DNA of 64,000 nt, from assembly GCA_020137815.1 (NCBI GenBank), contig CM035353.1:8680001-8744000 (forward strand), given 5' to 3'. The notes under the pieces were generated by a model. It was not told the DNA's origin. It did not search any database and saw nothing but the letters and a program-made list of their open reading frames with translations. Within the stretch, counting starts at the first letter, position 1. Each line of letters opens with the position of its first letter. Shown piece by piece: positions 61,801 through 64,000 of the stretch. Made by a program: the position numbers and the translations under genes. This DNA is from Hormiphora californensis (Eukaryota; Animalia; Ctenophora).

Positions 61801-64000
61801 TTAATGACGTGAGTAAAGACCTGGAGAGGATCGGGGGGGGGGGGGGGGGTGGTTAATGTGGCTGCTACTACAAAAAGTACGTCCTAGTCCTGCCATCCTG
61901 GGGTATGGGGAGGTACGGGGAGGTAGCTGCCATCCTGGGGTATGGGGAGGTACGTGGAGGTAGCTGCCATCCTGGGGTAGGGGGAGGTACGTGGAGGTAG
62001 CTGCCATCCTGGGGTAGGGGGAGGTACGGGGAGGTAGCTGCCATCCTGGGGTAGGGGGAGGTACGTGGAGGTAGCTGCCATCCTGGGGTAGGGGGAGGTA
62101 CGTGGAGGTAGCTGCCATCCTGGGGTACGGGAAGGTACGGGGAGGTAGCTGCCATCCTGGGGTAGGGGGAGGTACGTGGAGGTAGCTGCCATCCTGGGGT
62201 AGGGGGAGGTACGGGGAGGTAGCTGCCATCCTGGGGTAGGGGAGGTACGTGGAGGTAGCTGCCATCCTGGGGTAGGGGGAGGTACGTGGAGGTAGCTGCC
62301 ATCCTGGGGTAGGGGGAGGTACGTGGAGGTAGCTGCCATCCTGGGGTAGGGGGAGGTACGGGGAGGTAGCTGCCATCCTGGGGTAGGGGGAGGTACGTGG
62401 AGGTAGCTGCCATCCTGGGGTAGGGGGAGGTACGTGGAGGTAGCTGCCATCCTGGGGTAGGGGGAGGTACGTGGAGGTAGCTGCCATCCTGGGGTAGGGG
62501 GAGGTACGTGGAGGTAGCTGCCATCCTGGGGTAGGGGGAGGTACGTGGAGGTAGCTGCCATCCTGGGGTAGGGGGAGGTACGGGGAGGTAGCTGCCATCC
62601 TGGGGTAGGGGGAGGTACGTGGAGGTAGCTGCCATCCTGGGGTACGGGAAGGTACGGGGAGGTAGCTGCCATCCTGGGGTAGGGGGAGGTACGGGGAGGT
62701 AGCTGCCATCCTGGGGTAGGGGGAGGTACGGGGAGGTAGCTGCCATCCTGGGGTAGGGGGAGGTACGTGGAGGTAGCTGCCATCCTGGGGTAGGGGGAGG
62801 TACGTGGAGGTAGCTGCCATCCTGGGGTAGGGGGAGGTACGTGGAGGTAGCTGCCATCCTGGGGTAGGGGGAGGTACGTGGAGGTAGCTGCCATCCTGGG
62901 GTAGGGGGAGGTACGTGGAGGTAGCCAGTTTCGGATATCTTGGACACGGGGGAGAGGGGCCGGGGGGAACTTTAATGTACTATTGTGTTTTAGCGTATAT
63001 TCGAAAGACTCTGAAGAGGAGGAATATTCTTATACTAATGACGAGTTTTTTATGGTTTGTTACAACACCGACTACATCAAATTTATAAAGGTATGTTTTA
63101 CTGAATAGAAGGGAAAATACTATTCTCAATTTACCCCCCCCCCCCCAGTTGTACAGTGCACACTGTACACTGTACCCAGGTACCCTATTTATCAAAGCAT
63201 TCGAAATCAATATCCCCTAGCTAAATGTCACCCTTAAAATATCATGTTTTGTACAACTATAACAATCCTCAGAGTGGCACTAATAGTGGTGGCATCTCAG
63301 CGCGGTTAAAACTACTGGACCAGTGTATCATTATAGTAACATGTCAAGTGGCTACCTTGGTCAGCTCCATCCTCGTTGTGGCAAGGGTACGTGCAATTAA
63401 TTAATTAATGTGTATGGATACCAGATATGTTTAACCAACTTCTTCAAAATCGCAGCCCCCACAATTACACCCTAACACCATACCTAACAACTAACCACTC
63501 TGTTCCCAGTTATCACATAGACTGCACATCAAGAGAGTTGCACGTGCCCCGCCCCTCACCTCCACAGTAAGACGTCCATCCCAACCAACTCCAGATACCG
63601 CAGTGGAGCAGAAGACTCACCACTTCCACCCCTCCCCCGACAACTATAGTACCACCATGTGCAACTCAGTGCGTGATGACGAGGTCACTATTGACAACAC
63701 CCTGGGCGAGGAATCATCGGACTCAGCAGGTCAACACACAAAGAGGACGAGCAGGAAGAAGAAGAGGGAAGCTGAGAGACATGCCATCATTACCATGGTT
63801 ACAGTCATTGTATTCTTCATGGTCACCTATACCCCCAGTTTCATCTGTTTCATCTGGCCGGGACTTTACAACAAGGAAGACAAGGGAGAGGCGTGGATAT
63901 TTCTACTAATCGACTATTGTACATTTGTAAACTCTACCTTCCTTCCCATGGTTCACTTTTCAAGAAGTGCGGGGTTCAAGAGTCAGCTAAAGCACCTGGG
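58842..64000 (+). CDS. Class A (rhodopsin-like) GPCR, 7 predicted exons, 3' end beyond window
   Basis: In-frame exons 58842-58953, 59190-59311, 60856-60977, 61692-61808, 63149-63179 (least certain), 63273-63386, 63510->64000. TM1 ..LCIILNTIG, TM2 HLCITDLIVG..P, TM3 C..ISVDRLIALYKPLKY, TM4 W, long ICL3, TM6 FFMVTYTP, TM7 VNSTFLPMVHF. Confidence 0.85.
59664..60820. mobile_element. Foldback element in GPCR intron 2 with 13-bp subterminal arrays
   Basis: ggcaggtgagtagaacttcgctcc / ggagcgaagttctactcacctgcc termini. About 9 copies of aataaaaggctgc, inverted at each end. TSD is (c)7-8g, 8-9 bp. Confidence 0.82.
61161..61514. mobile_element. TTAA-associated palindromic MITE in GPCR intron 3
   Basis: aggttgacaagatacctaaaacttttc / gaaaagttttaggtatcttgtcaacct with arms of about 160 bp. 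Confidence 0.75.
61890..62926. repeat. 37-bp G-rich minisatellite (about 28 copies) in GPCR intron 4
   Basis: Unit gtagctgccatcctggggtagggggaggtacgtggag. It gives three overlapping spurious ORFs on the minus strand. Confidence 0.95.

Noticed and set aside
61801-62947. Three overlapping proline-rich ORFs of about 340-360 aa
   Set aside because: A 37-bp unit without minus-strand stops is open in all three frames, and it lies antisense within a GPCR intron.
63673-63909. 78-aa ORF in the track
   Set aside because: Wrong frame; the GPCR TM6-TM7 exon is read in another frame that stays open to the window end.

Overview
Repeat-dense eukaryotic (animal) genomic DNA with GT-AG introns. The repeat families suggest a ctenophore such as Pleurobrachia; this is inference from recalled repeat sequences, not a search. 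Four host genes were rebuilt by hand from splice sites: a complete 9-exon GAPDH (minus, 8271-10881), a 3-coding-exon FAM241/DUF4605-like membrane protein just upstream of it (minus, 11499-12505), the 3' 13 exons of a GIGYF1/2 homologue (plus, 27595-32346; 5' part lost at a 100-N gap), and a class A GPCR running off the right edge (plus, 58842->64000). The rest is mostly mobile DNA: an intact CR1-group LINE with a PHD+3xCCCH ORF1, a Penelope-like element with a minimal hammerhead motif, CRE, L2 and CR1 fragments, and many nested non-autonomous DNA transposons with readable TSDs. The most unusual observations are tandem repeats that multiply 3' splice acceptors inside host genes, a possible FAM241-GAPDH bicistronic or trans-spliced arrangement, and foldback elements that share termini but carry different subterminal arrays. 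Most short ORFs in the track are repeat artefacts. All coordinates were read by eye.
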